Shown: positions 1-11,526, numbered from the stretch's first letter. The stretch is 64,000 nt of DNA from Patescibacteria group bacterium (GCA_038061225.1 JBBTZT010000003.1:184515-248514), one strand, 5' to 3'. The notes: generated from the sequence alone by a model not told the origin. Made by a program: numbers and translations.

Positions 1-503
1 ACGAATTTATGCAAAACAATCCTGATATAGGTGTTAGCGGTGGAACAATTGATGTTTGTAATGAAAGTTTGTTAGTTCAAAACATAAGACGATACCCTTT
101 AACAGATAAATTAATTAGGGAAATAATATTTTTATATAGCCCATTTGCACACTCAGCTACAATTTGGAAATCTGAATTGATGAAATTAGTAGGGGGATAT
201 AATCAAAATATACCATTAAGTCAAGATTGTGAGCTCTATTTTAAGATAGGAAAACATGCAAAATTTGGAAATCTTAATATTAAATTAATTAAATTAAGGA
301 TGCACAAAAAATCGAGCTCTATTTCTAAAGATTTTTTACAAGAAAAATACGCTATCTACGCTAGAATTAAAGCAATTTTTGAATATGGATACAAACCCCG
401 TGCAATTGATAAATTATTTATAATATTAAGAATTTTTATAATGATATTTTTTCCTAAAAAAATTAAATATTATTTATTTAATTTATTAAGGAGGGAAAAA
501 TAA
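1..503 (+). CDS. C-terminal fragment of a glycosyltransferase (GT2-like); the 5' end lies upstream of the window.
   Basis: The ORF is open to the window edge with no in-frame stop before the first ATG at 9. Its composition and motifs resemble the C-terminal region of family-2 glycosyltransferases. It ends in a TAATG overlap with asnB. Confidence 0.35.
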   Translation, partial: EFMQNNPDIGVSGGTIDVCNESLLVQNIRRYPLTDKLIREIIFLYSPFAHSATIWKSELMKLVGGYNQNIPLSQDCELYFKIGKHAKFGNLNIKLIKLRMHKKSSSISKDFLQEKYAIYARIKAIFEYGYKPRAIDKLFIILRIFIMIFFPKKIKYYLFNLLRREK

Positions 504-2350
504 TGTGTGGGATTGTTGGTTATGTTGGTGATGTCGACAAGAGCAAGATAGCCAAAATGCTTCAAGCAACAGCCCATCGCGGTCCCGATGACAGTGGAAT
601 GTATATCAATGGTAATGTTGGTTTAGGTAACAACAGGCTAGCAGTAATTGACCTTTCTTCAAAAGGGCATCAACCAATGTTTGATAATGAAAAAACAGTT
701 TGTATTGTTTATAACGGGGAAATGTATAATTTTCAAGAGTTAAGACAAGAGCTTTGTAAAAATTATAAATTCAAAAGTGATTCAGATACCGAGGTTATAA
801 TTTACGCTTATAAAAAATGGGGCATAAATTGTTTACAACATTTTAATGGAATGTTTGCCTTTGTGATTTACGACATAAAAAACAATTTACTTTTTGGGGC
901 AAGAGATCGTCGAGGTGAGAAACCTTTGAAATATTTTTTTGATGGCAATACTTTTATATTTGCATCAGAAATAAAAGGCATATTACCCGTGCTTACAGAA
1001 AAACCGAAAATGGATATGGAGGCTATAAGTGATTATTTAACGCTACAATATGTTCCAGCACCAAAAACTGGGTTTCAAAAAATATATAAACTACCCTCTG
1101 CAAGTTATTTTATTTTTAAAGACAAAAAATTAAAAATAAATAAGTATTGGAGTTTGGATTTTTCCAAAAAACTTAATATTAGTGAAAATGACTGGATTGA
1201 ATTACTTGAAGCAAAAGTTGAACAATGTGTCAAATCAAGAATGATATCAGATGTTCCAATTGGATCGTTTCTAAGTGGCGGTGTTGATTCCTCAGCTGTG
1301 ACTGCATTTATGGCGATGAATTCATCAAAACCGATAAAAACTTTTAGTATAGGCTTTAACGATTCTAAATTTGACGAGACAGTTTTTTCAAAACAAGTTG
1401 CAAAAAAATATAAGACTGATCATTCATATATTAAGGTAAACTCAAAAATATTTGAAAAAGAATTACTAAAAATGTCTGATCATTATGATGAACCTTTCGC
1501 AGATAATTCTTTAATTCCAACACTGTTTCTTTCAAAATTTGCACGAGAAGGAGTGACAGTTGCCCTAAGTGGTGACGGAGGCGATGAAAACTTTGCTGGA
1601 TATGATAGATATAATATAGCGTCTTTCGGTGATTATTATAAATTAACTCCAAAGTTATTGAGAAACGGAATAATAAACCCGATGGTAAATATTTTATTTT
1701 TAATTTCTCCAAATCTTTTGACATCCAGAATGAAAACTTTTTCTAACACTTTCGAGTTACCTTTTTATAAAAAATACATCTATTATAAAAGTTTTTTTGA
1801 CAATAAAGATAAAGATCTAGTCTCTTTAAATAGCAAAAAAGATACATTTACGATGGACAAATATATATATGATAAAAAATTATCTGATATTGATAATGCC
1901 TTAAAATCTGATATTAATTCATATCTTCCTGAAGATCTATTGTATAAGATAGATATTGCTTCAATGAGCACTGGTTTAGAAGTAAGAGCACCACTTTTGG
2001 ATTATAAATTAATGGAGTTATCGGCTCAAATACCTGATAATTTAAAAATCAAAAATTTTAATAAGAAATATATTTTTAAAAAGATGTTGATAGAGAGTAA
2101 TATTTTACCCGAGAATATAATAAATCGTCCCAAAAGAGGATTTAATCCTCCAATTGGAATTTGGCTTAAGAATGATCTGAAAGAATATGTTATTAGCCAG
2201 CTAACTTCACAGAAGTTTAGACAATCAGAGATATTTGATAATAATAAATTAGATATCTATATACAAAAATATTATTCAAGTAATTTAAATTATCATAATA
2301 ATATTTTTGCACTTCTTGCCTTATCTAGTTGGATTAATAAATATTTTTAA
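503..2350 (+). CDS. asnB: Asparagine synthetase (glutamine-hydrolysing).
   Basis: N-terminal MCGIVGY with the Ntn-amidotransferase catalytic Cys2, and an SGGVDSS PP-loop. It is 615 aa with an AAGGAGG Shine-Dalgarno 8 nt upstream. Confidence 0.9.
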   Translation: MCGIVGYVGDVDKSKIAKMLQATAHRGPDDSGMYINGNVGLGNNRLAVIDLSSKGHQPMFDNEKTVCIVYNGEMYNFQELRQELCKNYKFKSDSDTEVIIYAYKKWGINCLQHFNGMFAFVIYDIKNNLLFGARDRRGEKPLKYFFDGNTFIFASEIKGILPVLTEKPKMDMEAISDYLTLQYVPAPKTGFQKIYKLPSASYFIFKDKKLKINKYWSLDFSKKLNISENDWIELLEAKVEQCVKSRMISDVPIGSFLSGGVDSSAVTAFMAMNSSKPIKTFSIGFNDSKFDETVFSKQVAKKYKTDHSYIKVNSKIFEKELLKMSDHYDEPFADNSLIPTLFLSKFAREGVTVALSGDGGDENFAGYDRYNIASFGDYYKLTPKLLRNGIINPMVNILFLISPNLLTSRMKTFSNTFELPFYKKYIYYKSFFDNKDKDLVSLNSKKDTFTMDKYIYDKKLSDIDNALKSDINSYLPEDLLYKIDIASMSTGLEVRAPLLDYKLMELSAQIPDNLKIKNFNKKYIFKKMLIESNILPENIINRPKRGFNPPIGIWLKNDLKEYVISQLTSQKFRQSEIFDNNKLDIYIQKYYSSNLNYHNNIFALLALSSWINKYF

Positions 2351-2353
2351 ATA

Positions 2354-3487
2354 ATGAAAAATATTGCAATTGTCGTTCATAAATATCTTCCACAGCCAGA
2401 TGACGATCTGGCTTATTTTTTGAATCGAAAGAAAAATATTAATATTTTTCATATAAAACATAGTTTTTCCGATGCCAAAGATAGATGTAGTGTGCTTAGA
2501 AAATATTTGAACGGACTTCAGATCGATGAAATTAAGACTCTTGATTATAAATTTTTACCCGAAGTATTAATTTATATAAAAGAGTTTATTTTTACTGTTA
2601 AATGGTTGATTTTGACAAACAAAAAATTCGATTTGTATATAGGAATGGATGGTTTATGTACTCTTTTTGGGTTATTTTTACAAAAGTTTAGAATTTGTAA
2701 AAAAGTAGTTTATTGGAATATGGATTTTGTACCATTCAATAGATTTGAATATAAATGGAAAAATGTTTTATATAATAAAGTAAATAGTTACGCGTGTAAA
2801 AAAGCTGATGAAGTATGGGATATTTCTCCAAGAATGGAAAAGGGAAGAAAACAATATTTAGATGTATACAAAAAAGACTATAAAATGCATCGTGTTATGC
2901 CATATGGTGTTTGGACTCATCAAATTAAAACTATTTCGTATGAAAAAAGTCAGAAACATACGCTTGTTTTTATGGGTCATTTGCTAAAAAAACAAGGTGT
3001 AGATATGATTATTAAAAAAATACCAGATATTTTAATTAAAATTCCAGATTTTGAATTTAAAATAATAGGAGATGGAAATTATAAAGATCAATTAATAAGA
3101 TTAGCAGATATTCTTTCTGTTCACAAATACTGTAAATTTTTAGGAAGACTTGATGATTTTCATCTAAATAATGAAATTGCTAAAGCATCTATATCCATAG
3201 CTCCATATTCTACTAATAAGTATTCTTACACTTATTATGCTGACCCAGGTAAAATCAAAAAATACTTAGCTTGCGGAGTACCTGTATTGTTAACAAATTT
3301 ATCATGGAATACACATGAAATAGAAAAAAATGAATGCGGTTTAATCATAGGTGACAATGGTAATGATCTTGTCGATAAATTATTATATTTATTTAGACCA
3401 AAAATAAATGAAAAATTTAGAAAAAACGCTATTAAATACTCTAAAAGTTTTGATTATGAGAAAATATTTTCTGAACTAAATATATAA
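2354..3487 (+). CDS. Glycosyltransferase, GT-B fold (GT4-like); paralogous to the genes at 8912 and 10221.
   Basis: The VVYW..DF.....KW.N....K......AD.VWDISP block is shared with the ORFs at 8912..10162 and 10221..11435. C-terminal GT-B features are present. Confidence 0.55.
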   Translation: MKNIAIVVHKYLPQPDDDLAYFLNRKKNINIFHIKHSFSDAKDRCSVLRKYLNGLQIDEIKTLDYKFLPEVLIYIKEFIFTVKWLILTNKKFDLYIGMDGLCTLFGLFLQKFRICKKVVYWNMDFVPFNRFEYKWKNVLYNKVNSYACKKADEVWDISPRMEKGRKQYLDVYKKDYKMHRVMPYGVWTHQIKTISYEKSQKHTLVFMGHLLKKQGVDMIIKKIPDILIKIPDFEFKIIGDGNYKDQLIRLADILSVHKYCKFLGRLDDFHLNNEIAKASISIAPYSTNKYSYTYYADPGKIKKYLACGVPVLLTNLSWNTHEIEKNECGLIIGDNGNDLVDKLLYLFRPKINEKFRKNAIKYSKSFDYEKIFSELNI

Positions 3488-3488
3488 T

Positions 3489-4403
3489 ATGCTAAAAAAA
3501 TGGATAAAATATCTTTGTGATCCAATTGATAAAACATCGTTAAGTGTTAGTAAAATAACGAGTAGAGATGGTGAATATATAATTTCTGGCATATTAAAAA
3601 GCAGATCTGGTAATATTTATAAAATTAAAAACGGAGTACCTATTCTAATTTCTAAAAAGACTCAAGGTGTTAGTTCAGTAGAAAGTTTTGCCTATGAATG
3701 GAATACCTTTGATTTTGATTATGGCAAGAAAGGTTGGCTTAACGATATTGTGGAACCTGTGGTTGATAGTACTAAATATTTTAAAGATAAAGTTGTTATC
3801 GATTGTGGTGCTGGTTCGGGTAGACAAAGTTTATGGATAGCAGAAGCAGGAGCAAAATTTGTTTTTTCAATAGAGCTTTCCGATTCAGCGACTACAATTG
3901 TAAAAAGAGTTACAAGTAAATTTAAGAATAGAATATTTGTCATTCAGGCAGATATTGCCCATCTACCGCTTAAAAGGAATATTGCAAATATTGATGTGGC
4001 TTATTGCGTAAATGTAATTCAACATACAAAAAATCCTTTAAAAGGTACTGAAGAGATATCTAAATTATTAAATAAAAATTCAACATTTATATTTAACATA
4101 TATTTATTGAGAGGTAACAAGTTAAAAATATTAATCATTCAGTTTATTAAAAAACTTCTCTCTAGGTTGCCAAAATCAATCATTAAGAAGATATCGTACT
4201 TAATTGCAATATTTTTATATCCATTCTGGGTTAATAAACATTCTATTAAAGAATTTTGGCTCGATATATATGATCTTTTAGGGACACATAGCTATCAAAA
4301 ATTCTATTCATTGAAATACCTTGACGAATTATTGACCGAGTCAAAATTGATGATCAAAAAAACATCGTATTATTCAATGCTTTTGAAAAAATCAATTAAT
4401 TAA
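3489..4403 (+). CDS. Class I SAM-dependent methyltransferase with an N-terminal Trm112-like zinc-ribbon-like segment.
   Basis: DCGAGSGRQ matches SAM-binding motif I (GxGxG). The N-terminus, LCDPIDKTSL...IKNGVPILI, resembles Trm112/UPF0434. Confidence 0.6.
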   Translation: MLKKWIKYLCDPIDKTSLSVSKITSRDGEYIISGILKSRSGNIYKIKNGVPILISKKTQGVSSVESFAYEWNTFDFDYGKKGWLNDIVEPVVDSTKYFKDKVVIDCGAGSGRQSLWIAEAGAKFVFSIELSDSATTIVKRVTSKFKNRIFVIQADIAHLPLKRNIANIDVAYCVNVIQHTKNPLKGTEEISKLLNKNSTFIFNIYLLRGNKLKILIIQFIKKLLSRLPKSIIKKISYLIAIFLYPFWVNKHSIKEFWLDIYDLLGTHSYQKFYSLKYLDELLTESKLMIKKTSYYSMLLKKSIN

Positions 4404-5081
4404 TTCAAATGACTCCCACACAAAAGGATAAGAATATCTAATTTTGTGTGTTTTGAGAATCTTCTTGATAAGAGCTCTTCTCATTATTTTAGCGTTAGGA
4501 ACAAAATCATGAAATTGAATCTGGACATATTTTATTTTTTTTATTTGGTTTGTTTTGATTAACCTATCTAATACTTGATATTCAGAGCCTTCGATATTAA
4601 TTGACATGAGATCAATTTTTTTGACCTTTTTGACAAACAGACCCACGTCTATAAAATTGGCTTTTTCAGTTTTTCCAGTGTTTTTAAATAGAGAAGTGCT
4701 ATCGTTGGATACAGAAATACTATCTGAGTAGTTTTGGTCAGATAATCCTAAATTATAAATTTTTACTTTACGATTCTTTGTGTACTTCTTTTTCAAAATT
4801 TTATAGTATTTCTGAACTGGCTCGAAGATAATTAAATTAACATCATTAATTGCAAGTAATTTGTCTGAAAAAACACCTGTATAACCCCCTACGTCAAGAA
4901 TTGTCCCTTTCGAATTGATTGGATAGTTTACTAACAATCGGTCATCCCCATTGTCTCTAACCCATTTTGATAGATAAAATAATCGATTATTTATTGAGAG
5001 AGTTTTTAAAATATAGTACAGAAATGAAAAAGATATAAGCTTTAATACCTTATAGATTTTTGACTTTTTTAAGTTTAACAT
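4392..5081 (-). CDS. FkbM-family methyltransferase.
   Basis: ILDVGGYTGVFSDKL...IIFEP...YNLGLSD is the characteristic FkbM domain pattern. The gene is convergent with the previous one and overlaps it by 12 nt. Confidence 0.55.
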   Translation of the reverse strand: MLNLKKSKIYKVLKLISFSFLYYILKTLSINNRLFYLSKWVRDNGDDRLLVNYPINSKGTILDVGGYTGVFSDKLLAINDVNLIIFEPVQKYYKILKKKYTKNRKVKIYNLGLSDQNYSDSISVSNDSTSLFKNTGKTEKANFIDVGLFVKKVKKIDLMSINIEGSEYQVLDRLIKTNQIKKIKYVQIQFHDFVPNAKIMRRALIKKILKTHKIRYSYPFVWESFELIN

Positions 5082-5090
5082 ATTGTTATA

Positions 5091-6710
5091 ATGAATAGGA
5101 AATTACTTACCCTAGTTAGTATATTACTAACCTTTCTAATAGTCACTATATATTGGGGAATTACTAAAACTTTTTACCAGCAAGATGAATGGTTGGGATA
5201 TGGATTATATTTAGCAAAAGGCTCGGGTATGATTTTACAAAGCACTGGTAGTGTATTGGGAATAATTTTGGGACAGGGAAGAATTCTTACTAATTTAACG
5301 TATTTTGTATTCCATACATACTTTCCTCTCAATGTTTTTCCAATTGCCATTTTTTCTATTACTATTCACATAATTAATTCTTTTCTGGTTTATATACTAG
5401 GTAAAAATTTATTTAAAAATAAAATATCATCATTAATTGGAACACTTTTTTTTGCTTTTAATAGCTTACATTTAAATGCAATTGCTTGGCCTGCAGCCGC
5501 TATCAACACTCTACCCTCAACAACTTTAATTTTGATTGCATTGTTGTTTTATTTTAGATACATAAAGGAAGTAAAGGCAAAGTGGATGATTATGTGTTTT
5601 GCATTAATATACACATCTTTATTTTTCAAGGAAACGGGTATATTTTTATTTATTCTTCTTCCTTTATCATTAATCTTTTACAAAGGTTTTGATATAAAAA
5701 CTGTTATTAAAAAATTTTGGTATTATTTTTTACCATTAATATTAATTGTTAGTTATAGACTATGGGGATTTAGATCAGAGACAGGTGAAGTGGCATTATT
5801 TGTCACTGGGACTTCAAAATATTTTATGGATTCTTTGATAATTAGATCATTTTTATATCCAATTACTTCCATGTCACTTTCTTTGTTCCATCCTTCATAT
5901 ATGCTTGAATTTGCTCGTTATATTACAAACGTGTATTATCCATTTATACCGGAAGCTCAATTTGCATTAGTTACACAAACTATTGCCTTAGATTTAATTG
6001 CAGTTCTTGCCACAGCTTTAATAATAGTAACAATATTAATATTAATGAAATTTGTTAGTACCAATGTGAAAAAGAATGTATTGTTTTGGATGCTGTTTTT
6101 GTTAGCCAGTTTTTTGCCTTATATAATAATTTCCAAAAGTTTTTCGTATCTTGAATCTAGATATTATTATTTATCATCCGTTGCATGGGCAATTATTTTT
6201 ACATGGGTAGCCAATTTGATTAGTGAAAAAGTAAGACCAAAATACCTGCAACTATTGTTTTTGGCAATATTTTTATCTTTTATTTACGTTAATATAATAT
6301 TAATAAATTACGACTTGAAATTATTAGTTAAAGAATCGCAGACTAGAATTGATATTTTAAATCAAATTTCACTTATAAAACCAAAACTTACAGAAAACAG
6401 AAATATATTTTACGTAACAGGAGACACTGATTATTATTTGATAGGTCACAAGATTCCATTTCAGCAAGGATTTGGTTATACTCTTTTGACTTTTTATTTT
6501 GACAAAAGTCAATATCCTGCCGATTTTCTAAATAACACAGATCTTTTTGAAATTGGTAAAGAGATGTATTATGAAAAAGATGAATATGGTTTTGGATATT
6601 TTAGTAATATAATACTAATGGAAGAAGCAGTGAAGAGTAATAAAATTCCCACAAGTAATGTCTATAGATTTTATTATGATTCAAAAACCGCTAGGATGGA
6701 AAAAATTTGA
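5091..6710 (+). CDS. Polytopic membrane protein, putative GT-C glycosyltransferase (ArnT/PMT-like).
   Basis: More than 10 predicted TM helices, with a first-loop QQDEW (DE motif) as in the GT39/GT83 families. Confidence 0.4.
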   Translation: MNRKLLTLVSILLTFLIVTIYWGITKTFYQQDEWLGYGLYLAKGSGMILQSTGSVLGIILGQGRILTNLTYFVFHTYFPLNVFPIAIFSITIHIINSFLVYILGKNLFKNKISSLIGTLFFAFNSLHLNAIAWPAAAINTLPSTTLILIALLFYFRYIKEVKAKWMIMCFALIYTSLFFKETGIFLFILLPLSLIFYKGFDIKTVIKKFWYYFLPLILIVSYRLWGFRSETGEVALFVTGTSKYFMDSLIIRSFLYPITSMSLSLFHPSYMLEFARYITNVYYPFIPEAQFALVTQTIALDLIAVLATALIIVTILILMKFVSTNVKKNVLFWMLFLLASFLPYIIISKSFSYLESRYYYLSSVAWAIIFTWVANLISEKVRPKYLQLLFLAIFLSFIYVNIILINYDLKLLVKESQTRIDILNQISLIKPKLTENRNIFYVTGDTDYYLIGHKIPFQQGFGYTLLTFYFDKSQYPADFLNNTDLFEIGKEMYYEKDEYGFGYFSNIILMEEAVKSNKIPTSNVYRFYYDSKTARMEKI

Positions 6711-6712
6711 GA

Positions 6713-7834
6713 TTAAAGTAATCCTTTCTTTTTTAATTCTTTTTCAGCTACTGAAAACGAGTCTACGGCTTTTTCTTTTTCTCCCCATTTAATTAATTCT
6801 TTAAATCCTTCTTCCAGTGAAATTTTAGGTTCCCACCCAAGAAGTTTTTTGGCCTTTGAAATATTGGCAAAGCAATGTTTTACATCGTTTTTTCGAAATT
6901 CCCCGCTTATTTTAACAAGGTTTTCTTTACTCAAAGTTTTGGCGATTATCATTGCAATGTCTTTTATTGATGTTGGTTTACCTGATCCAATATTTATTAC
7001 TTGATCATTGGCACTATCTTTTTCTAGAGCTAGAATAAATGCTCGTACTACGTCGTGAACCGAAACAAAATCTCGTGACTGAGATCCATCTTCATAACAT
7101 ATAGCTTCACGATTATTTTTTAAACGGCTAATGAAAATTGCTGATACTCCAGTATAAGGGTTTGAAAGACTTTGTCTTGGACCATAAACATTGAATCCTC
7201 GAAGTACAACCGTTGGGAAGTTATACAAAGATGCATTTAAAAGAACCATATCTTGTTGTGATTTTTTAGTTATAGCATAAATGCTACTTGGATATTCTTT
7301 GGCGTCATCTTCTGTGGGTATTGGATTAACAATTTTATTGCAATTAGGGCAATAGATATTCCAGTCCTTTTTCTTAAGCTGTTTTTCTTCTCGTAGGGGA
7401 GGCCTTACAATTCCACATTTACTACATTTATAGTTACCTTCGCCAAACCCTGTCATGCTTGAAATTGTTACCAATTTTTTTACGTTGTGCTTTTCGTTTA
7501 CCAAGATATCAAGAAGGTTGGCTGTTCCTCCTGTATTTACTGCTACATATTTTTTAATTTGGTAATTACTCTGTGCAACACCAACTGTCGCTGCCAAGTG
7601 ATATATTGCATCAATTCCATTAATTGCTTTTAAAAGTAAAGTTCTATTTCTTACGTCACCTTTTATAAATTCTGCTTTGGGGTTTAAATATGATGGTTTT
7701 TTGCCATTATGTACTTGTTTTTCTAAATTATCAAAAATGCGAACGACATATCCCTTTTCAATAAGTTCATCAACCAAGAACGAACCAATAAACCCAGCTC
7801 CACCCGTAACCAATATTTTTAATTTCTTGTTCAT
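6713..7834 (-). CDS. NAD-dependent sugar epimerase/dehydratase (SDR) with an inserted CxxC...CxxC zinc ribbon.
   Basis: TGGAGFIGS Rossmann motif and a YAITK catalytic YxxxK. A 45-aa insert carrying CSKCG...CPNCN sits between the catalytic Ser and Tyr. The likely start is ATG 7834, in an ATGA overlap with the upstream gene's stop; the ORF-track start at 7882 probably over-extends. Confidence 0.7.
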   Translation of the reverse strand: MNKKLKILVTGGAGFIGSFLVDELIEKGYVVRIFDNLEKQVHNGKKPSYLNPKAEFIKGDVRNRTLLLKAINGIDAIYHLAATVGVAQSNYQIKKYVAVNTGGTANLLDILVNEKHNVKKLVTISSMTGFGEGNYKCSKCGIVRPPLREEKQLKKKDWNIYCPNCNKIVNPIPTEDDAKEYPSSIYAITKKSQQDMVLLNASLYNFPTVVLRGFNVYGPRQSLSNPYTGVSAIFISRLKNNREAICYEDGSQSRDFVSVHDVVRAFILALEKDSANDQVINIGSGKPTSIKDIAMIIAKTLSKENLVKISGEFRKNDVKHCFANISKAKKLLGWEPKISLEEGFKELIKWGEKEKAVDSFSVAEKELKKKGLL

Positions 7835-8910
7835 GTTATGTTTAAGAACTTGTCTCTTGCCTCTGGTAAAGAATACATGCACAATTCTTCAATAATTTGC
7901 TCTGCATTGTATGTGTATTCCCATTTTGGATAATGTTTTTTAAATTTTGAAACATTAGAAATATACCATATATGGTCGCCGATTCTATTTGTTGGATCGT
8001 ATTTAATTTTCGCTTTTTTCTTTAGATATTTCTCAATTAATGGTATAGCTTCATTTACTGAAATGTTTGAGTATCTTGATCCTCCTATATTATAAACTTC
8101 TCCAGTTCTAGGTTTAAGATAAAAATTATAAAAGGCGTTGACAACATCATATGAATGAATATTGTCTCGAACTTGTTTACCTTTGTAACCAAAAACAGTG
8201 TAAGGAATATTTTTAGCTATTGCATGAACAAGGTACGCCAAGAAACCGTGAAGTTGAGCAGCTGAATGAGCAGGACCTGTTAGACATCCGCCTCTAAAAA
8301 CACCGGTTTTTATTCCAAAATATCGTCCATATTCTTGAACCATTAAATCAGCAGAAACTTTTGATACACCAAAAATACTGTGGGTACAATAATCTAAACT
8401 CATTGTTTCATCAATTCCTTTATAGAATTTATGTGTCTTAGGTAGTTCCCATCTTGTTTTAAGTTCCCTTAATGGTAATCTGTTTGGATTGTCACCATAG
8501 ACTTTGTTCGTTGAAGTAAAAATAAAGACAGCTTCTGGGGTATATTTACGACAAGCTTCAAGCATGTTTAACGTTCCCTCTGCATTAATAGTAAAGTCAG
8601 TTAGAGGTTCTTTTGCTGCCCAGTCGTGCGATGGTTGAGCTGCTGTGTGGATTATTAACTCTGGTTTTGATTCTTTTACGAGTCGATTTATTCTTTCCTT
8701 GTCGCGAATATCAATACTATGATGTTCGTAATTTGAGAAATTCTTTTCAAGTAGTTTTCTGTTCCAATTTGTGCTCGCAGTTGGACCAAAAAAATATTTT
8801 CTAAAGTCATTATCTACTCCTATAACTTCAAAACCTTTTCTATGGAAGAATCGTACGGATTCTGATCCTATTAATCCTGCAGATCCTGTTATTAATACTT
8901 TTTTCTTCAT
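7831..8910 (-). CDS. NAD-dependent epimerase/dehydratase family protein (SDR).
   Basis: TGSAGLIGS Rossmann motif, STNKVYG, and the overall SDR extended-family pattern. Confidence 0.7.
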   Translation of the reverse strand: MKKKVLITGSAGLIGSESVRFFHRKGFEVIGVDNDFRKYFFGPTASTNWNRKLLEKNFSNYEHHSIDIRDKERINRLVKESKPELIIHTAAQPSHDWAAKEPLTDFTINAEGTLNMLEACRKYTPEAVFIFTSTNKVYGDNPNRLPLRELKTRWELPKTHKFYKGIDETMSLDYCTHSIFGVSKVSADLMVQEYGRYFGIKTGVFRGGCLTGPAHSAAQLHGFLAYLVHAIAKNIPYTVFGYKGKQVRDNIHSYDVVNAFYNFYLKPRTGEVYNIGGSRYSNISVNEAIPLIEKYLKKKAKIKYDPTNRIGDHIWYISNVSKFKKHYPKWEYTYNAEQIIEELCMYSLPEARDKFLNIT

Positions 8911-8911
8911 G

Positions 8912-10162
8912 TTATTCTACTAGTTTGATATCCATCCTTTTTAAAGTTTTAGTATAAACATTATCCCAAATGTTATTCTGCGCTTGTTTAATAGCATTAT
9001 TTTTCATTTTATTATATAGATTACTATTCTTGAATAAGGAAACGACAGCTTTTGTTAGTTGTGAGACGTTATCATTAACAACTAACCCAGATTTATTGAT
9101 TTCAAGCTCTTTCCCTATTGGAGGTACTTGAGTAGTGATAACCGGTAATCCTGCAGCAAGATAAAGCCGTATTCTGGTTGAATCTGCCCACCAACGAGGA
9201 GAATTCTTTTGGGTTACATAAGGAGCGAGTCCAACCCTAAACTGTGATAGATCGTTAATTAATTCTGTTTGACTTGTAATTAATCCGTGAATATAAACTT
9301 TGTTTTGAACAGACAATTTGTTTGTTAAGTCTCTTAATTTCTGGATTTTTACATCTTCTCCTGAAGCAAAAATGTGAAGTTGAGCTTTGGGAAAAGTGTT
9401 AACAACTCTCTTTAATACTTGGATAGCTAAATTAGGGCCATTTTCAGAGTTAATCACTCCAGCGTATACTAAACTGTAGGGTGTAGTTTGGATTATTTTT
9501 CTAGGGGTTACTTGGTTTTTAAAAAGAGCAATGGGGACGTATAATGAAGTTTTGTTTGCCACAGGAACTAACCCCATCTTAATCCTTGCTGGCATCATTG
9601 CAGGAGATATATCCCAGATGTGGTCAGCGTTTTTGAATGCGATTCTATCAAGCATCAAATACATTTTATTTAACCATGAGCTGTGGTATCTCTGGAGAGA
9701 GAAATCAGAAACATAATATACTACTGTTTTTACTATTCCTAACTTTTTAAGAATTACGCCAGCAAGAGTGTTTATTGATTCAAGTCCTATAAATAAATCA
9801 AAACGATCGTTTGCTTTTAATCCAAAATCAATGACTGATAAAAAGTCTCGAACTTTAAATATAATGCTTGTGCTAAGTGAATTGTTTAATATAAGAAAAG
9901 GATATAGAAAAGATACAAACAATGATGATTTAGTTGTGCTCTTAAGTTTACCTTTACTATATGTTTCTATCATGGGGATTAAACGATCACTGCCTGGATG
10001 TGGTTGATCAATAAGTACAAACTTATTTACTCTTGGCGCAAAATAAGAAAGCATCGGTTCTATTAAACCATTGGTTGGAGACCTACGATTGTTTTCCCAT
10101 GGAGAAAAACTGGCAAAAATAACTTTGGAACATTTTTTTAAATCAACACTTTCATCTTTCAT
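8912..10162 (-). CDS. Glycosyltransferase GT4-like (tandem paralog A).
   Basis: About 50% identical to the adjacent ORF at 10221..11435. Conserved blocks are FA.FSPWEN....PTNG.IEPML and [24 protein letters not shown]. Confidence 0.6.
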   Translation of the reverse strand: MKDESVDLKKCSKVIFASFSPWENNRRSPTNGLIEPMLSYFAPRVNKFVLIDQPHPGSDRLIPMIETYSKGKLKSTTKSSLFVSFLYPFLILNNSLSTSIIFKVRDFLSVIDFGLKANDRFDLFIGLESINTLAGVILKKLGIVKTVVYYVSDFSLQRYHSSWLNKMYLMLDRIAFKNADHIWDISPAMMPARIKMGLVPVANKTSLYVPIALFKNQVTPRKIIQTTPYSLVYAGVINSENGPNLAIQVLKRVVNTFPKAQLHIFASGEDVKIQKLRDLTNKLSVQNKVYIHGLITSQTELINDLSQFRVGLAPYVTQKNSPRWWADSTRIRLYLAAGLPVITTQVPPIGKELEINKSGLVVNDNVSQLTKAVVSLFKNSNLYNKMKNNAIKQAQNNIWDNVYTKTLKRMDIKLVE

Positions 10163-10220
10163 AACTTATCGTAATATATACGCTCCTTTACAAAAGTGCA
10201 ACACCCAGTGAGGATTGTAA

Positions 10221-11435
10221 TTAAATCATCTTTGATAGGGCATTGGTGTAGGTGTTTTCCCAGAGGTTGTTTTTGGCTTTTTTGATTGCATTTTCTCGCA
10301 TGTTTTTATAAAGCGTGGGGTTTGAGAATAATTTAATAATTGCTTTGGCGGTTTCCTCTGCATTATCTAGAGTTACAATACCAGCGTTTGCCCCAATAAG
10401 TTCTTTTCCAAGTGGAGGAACTTGAGTAGTAATTGTTGGTAATCCAGCAGCCAAATAGAGTCTTATTTTAGTTGCATCTGCCCACCATCTTGGCGAGCCA
10501 GGTATTGCTTTGTATGTAGCAAGGCCTATACGATATTTTCTTATTTCATTTGAAAGTTTTATTTGATCAGTTACGAAACCATGGAAAATAACATATTTTT
10601 GAAGATTCAATTTCTCAGTCAATTTATTAAGTCGTTTTAAATCATTTTCTCCACCACCATAGATATGAAGCTTCACTTGGGGATATCTTAGGTAGACTTG
10701 CTTCATAGATTCAATTGCGATATCAGGTCCATTTTCAGGTCCCAAGGTTCCTGCAAAAATCAAACTATGTTCTTCGGTTTTTTCAAATGGTAAATAATTT
10801 ATTTGTTCAGGGTACATTGCATTTGGAACATGAATGACTTTACTTATAAATTTTGGATCTAAACCAGTCTTGATCCTTGCAGGCATCATCGCTGTTGATA
10901 CATCCCAAAGATAATCGACATTTGCTATGGCTAATCTATCCAAAAATAAATAAAGTTTATTGAACCAACCTGATTTATATCTTGATGGCGAATAGTCAGA
11001 AACGTAGTAAACTACAGTTTTAACAAAACCCAATTTTTTAAGTACTACTCCTGCCAACGCATTTATTGACTCAAGACCTATAAATAGTTCATATTTATTT
11101 TTTTTACCAATTGTTACATCGAGTACTGACAAAAAATCTCTAATTTTAAATGGAATTCTAGTACCAACTGTATTTTGCATCATTAAAAAAGGGTATAACC
11201 ACGAAACGAACATGGATGAAGTTGTTTTTTTAACTAATTTCCCGTTAGAATATATTTCGATTACAGGAATAACACGATCACTTCCTGGATGTGGTTCGTC
11301 AATCAAGATAAAATGTTTTGTCTTGGGTAAAAAAAACTTAAGCATTGGCTCAATCATGCCGTTTGTTGGCATTCTGGCTCCATTTTCCCATGGAGAAAAC
11401 GTTGCAAATATTACAGATAATTTATTTCCCAACAT
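10221..11435 (-). CDS. Glycosyltransferase GT4-like (tandem paralog B).
   Basis: Collinear similarity to the ORF at 8912..10162 along the whole length. Confidence 0.6.
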   Translation of the reverse strand: MLGNKLSVIFATFSPWENGARMPTNGMIEPMLKFFLPKTKHFILIDEPHPGSDRVIPVIEIYSNGKLVKKTTSSMFVSWLYPFLMMQNTVGTRIPFKIRDFLSVLDVTIGKKNKYELFIGLESINALAGVVLKKLGFVKTVVYYVSDYSPSRYKSGWFNKLYLFLDRLAIANVDYLWDVSTAMMPARIKTGLDPKFISKVIHVPNAMYPEQINYLPFEKTEEHSLIFAGTLGPENGPDIAIESMKQVYLRYPQVKLHIYGGGENDLKRLNKLTEKLNLQKYVIFHGFVTDQIKLSNEIRKYRIGLATYKAIPGSPRWWADATKIRLYLAAGLPTITTQVPPLGKELIGANAGIVTLDNAEETAKAIIKLFSNPTLYKNMRENAIKKAKNNLWENTYTNALSKMI

Positions 11436-11480
11436 ACTTTATGAATATTATCATAGTGAATAACTTGACTCAACAACAAT

Positions 11481-11509
11481 TTGACAATTAGCAATTATAG
11501 GTTATAATA
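11481..11509 (+). promoter_or_regulatory. Near-consensus sigma70-type promoter for the HD-domain gene, sitting in a divergent intergenic region.
   Basis: TTGACA (11481-11486), a 16-nt spacer, then TATAAT (11504-11509). It lies 17 nt upstream of ATG 11527, with no Shine-Dalgarno. Confidence 0.4.
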
Positions 11510-11526
11510 GCAGACATAATTAAAAT

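Noticed and set aside
9-503. The first ORF treated as a complete 164-aa gene starting at ATG 9.
   Set aside because: The frame is open to the window edge, and the protein resembles only the C-terminal portion of a glycosyltransferase. It is most likely a 5'-truncated gene.
1431-1724. Antisense ORFs nested inside confidently assigned genes. Examples are 1431-1724 and 1783-1971 inside asnB, 3719-3943, 28744-29076, 30537-30824, 36574-36987, 45844-46212, 49047-49244, and 54205-54402 inside glmS.
   Set aside because: They lie on the opposite strand within ORFs that carry strong family signatures. Their low-complexity, Leu/Ser/Phe-rich translations are typical of out-of-frame reading of AT-rich coding DNA.
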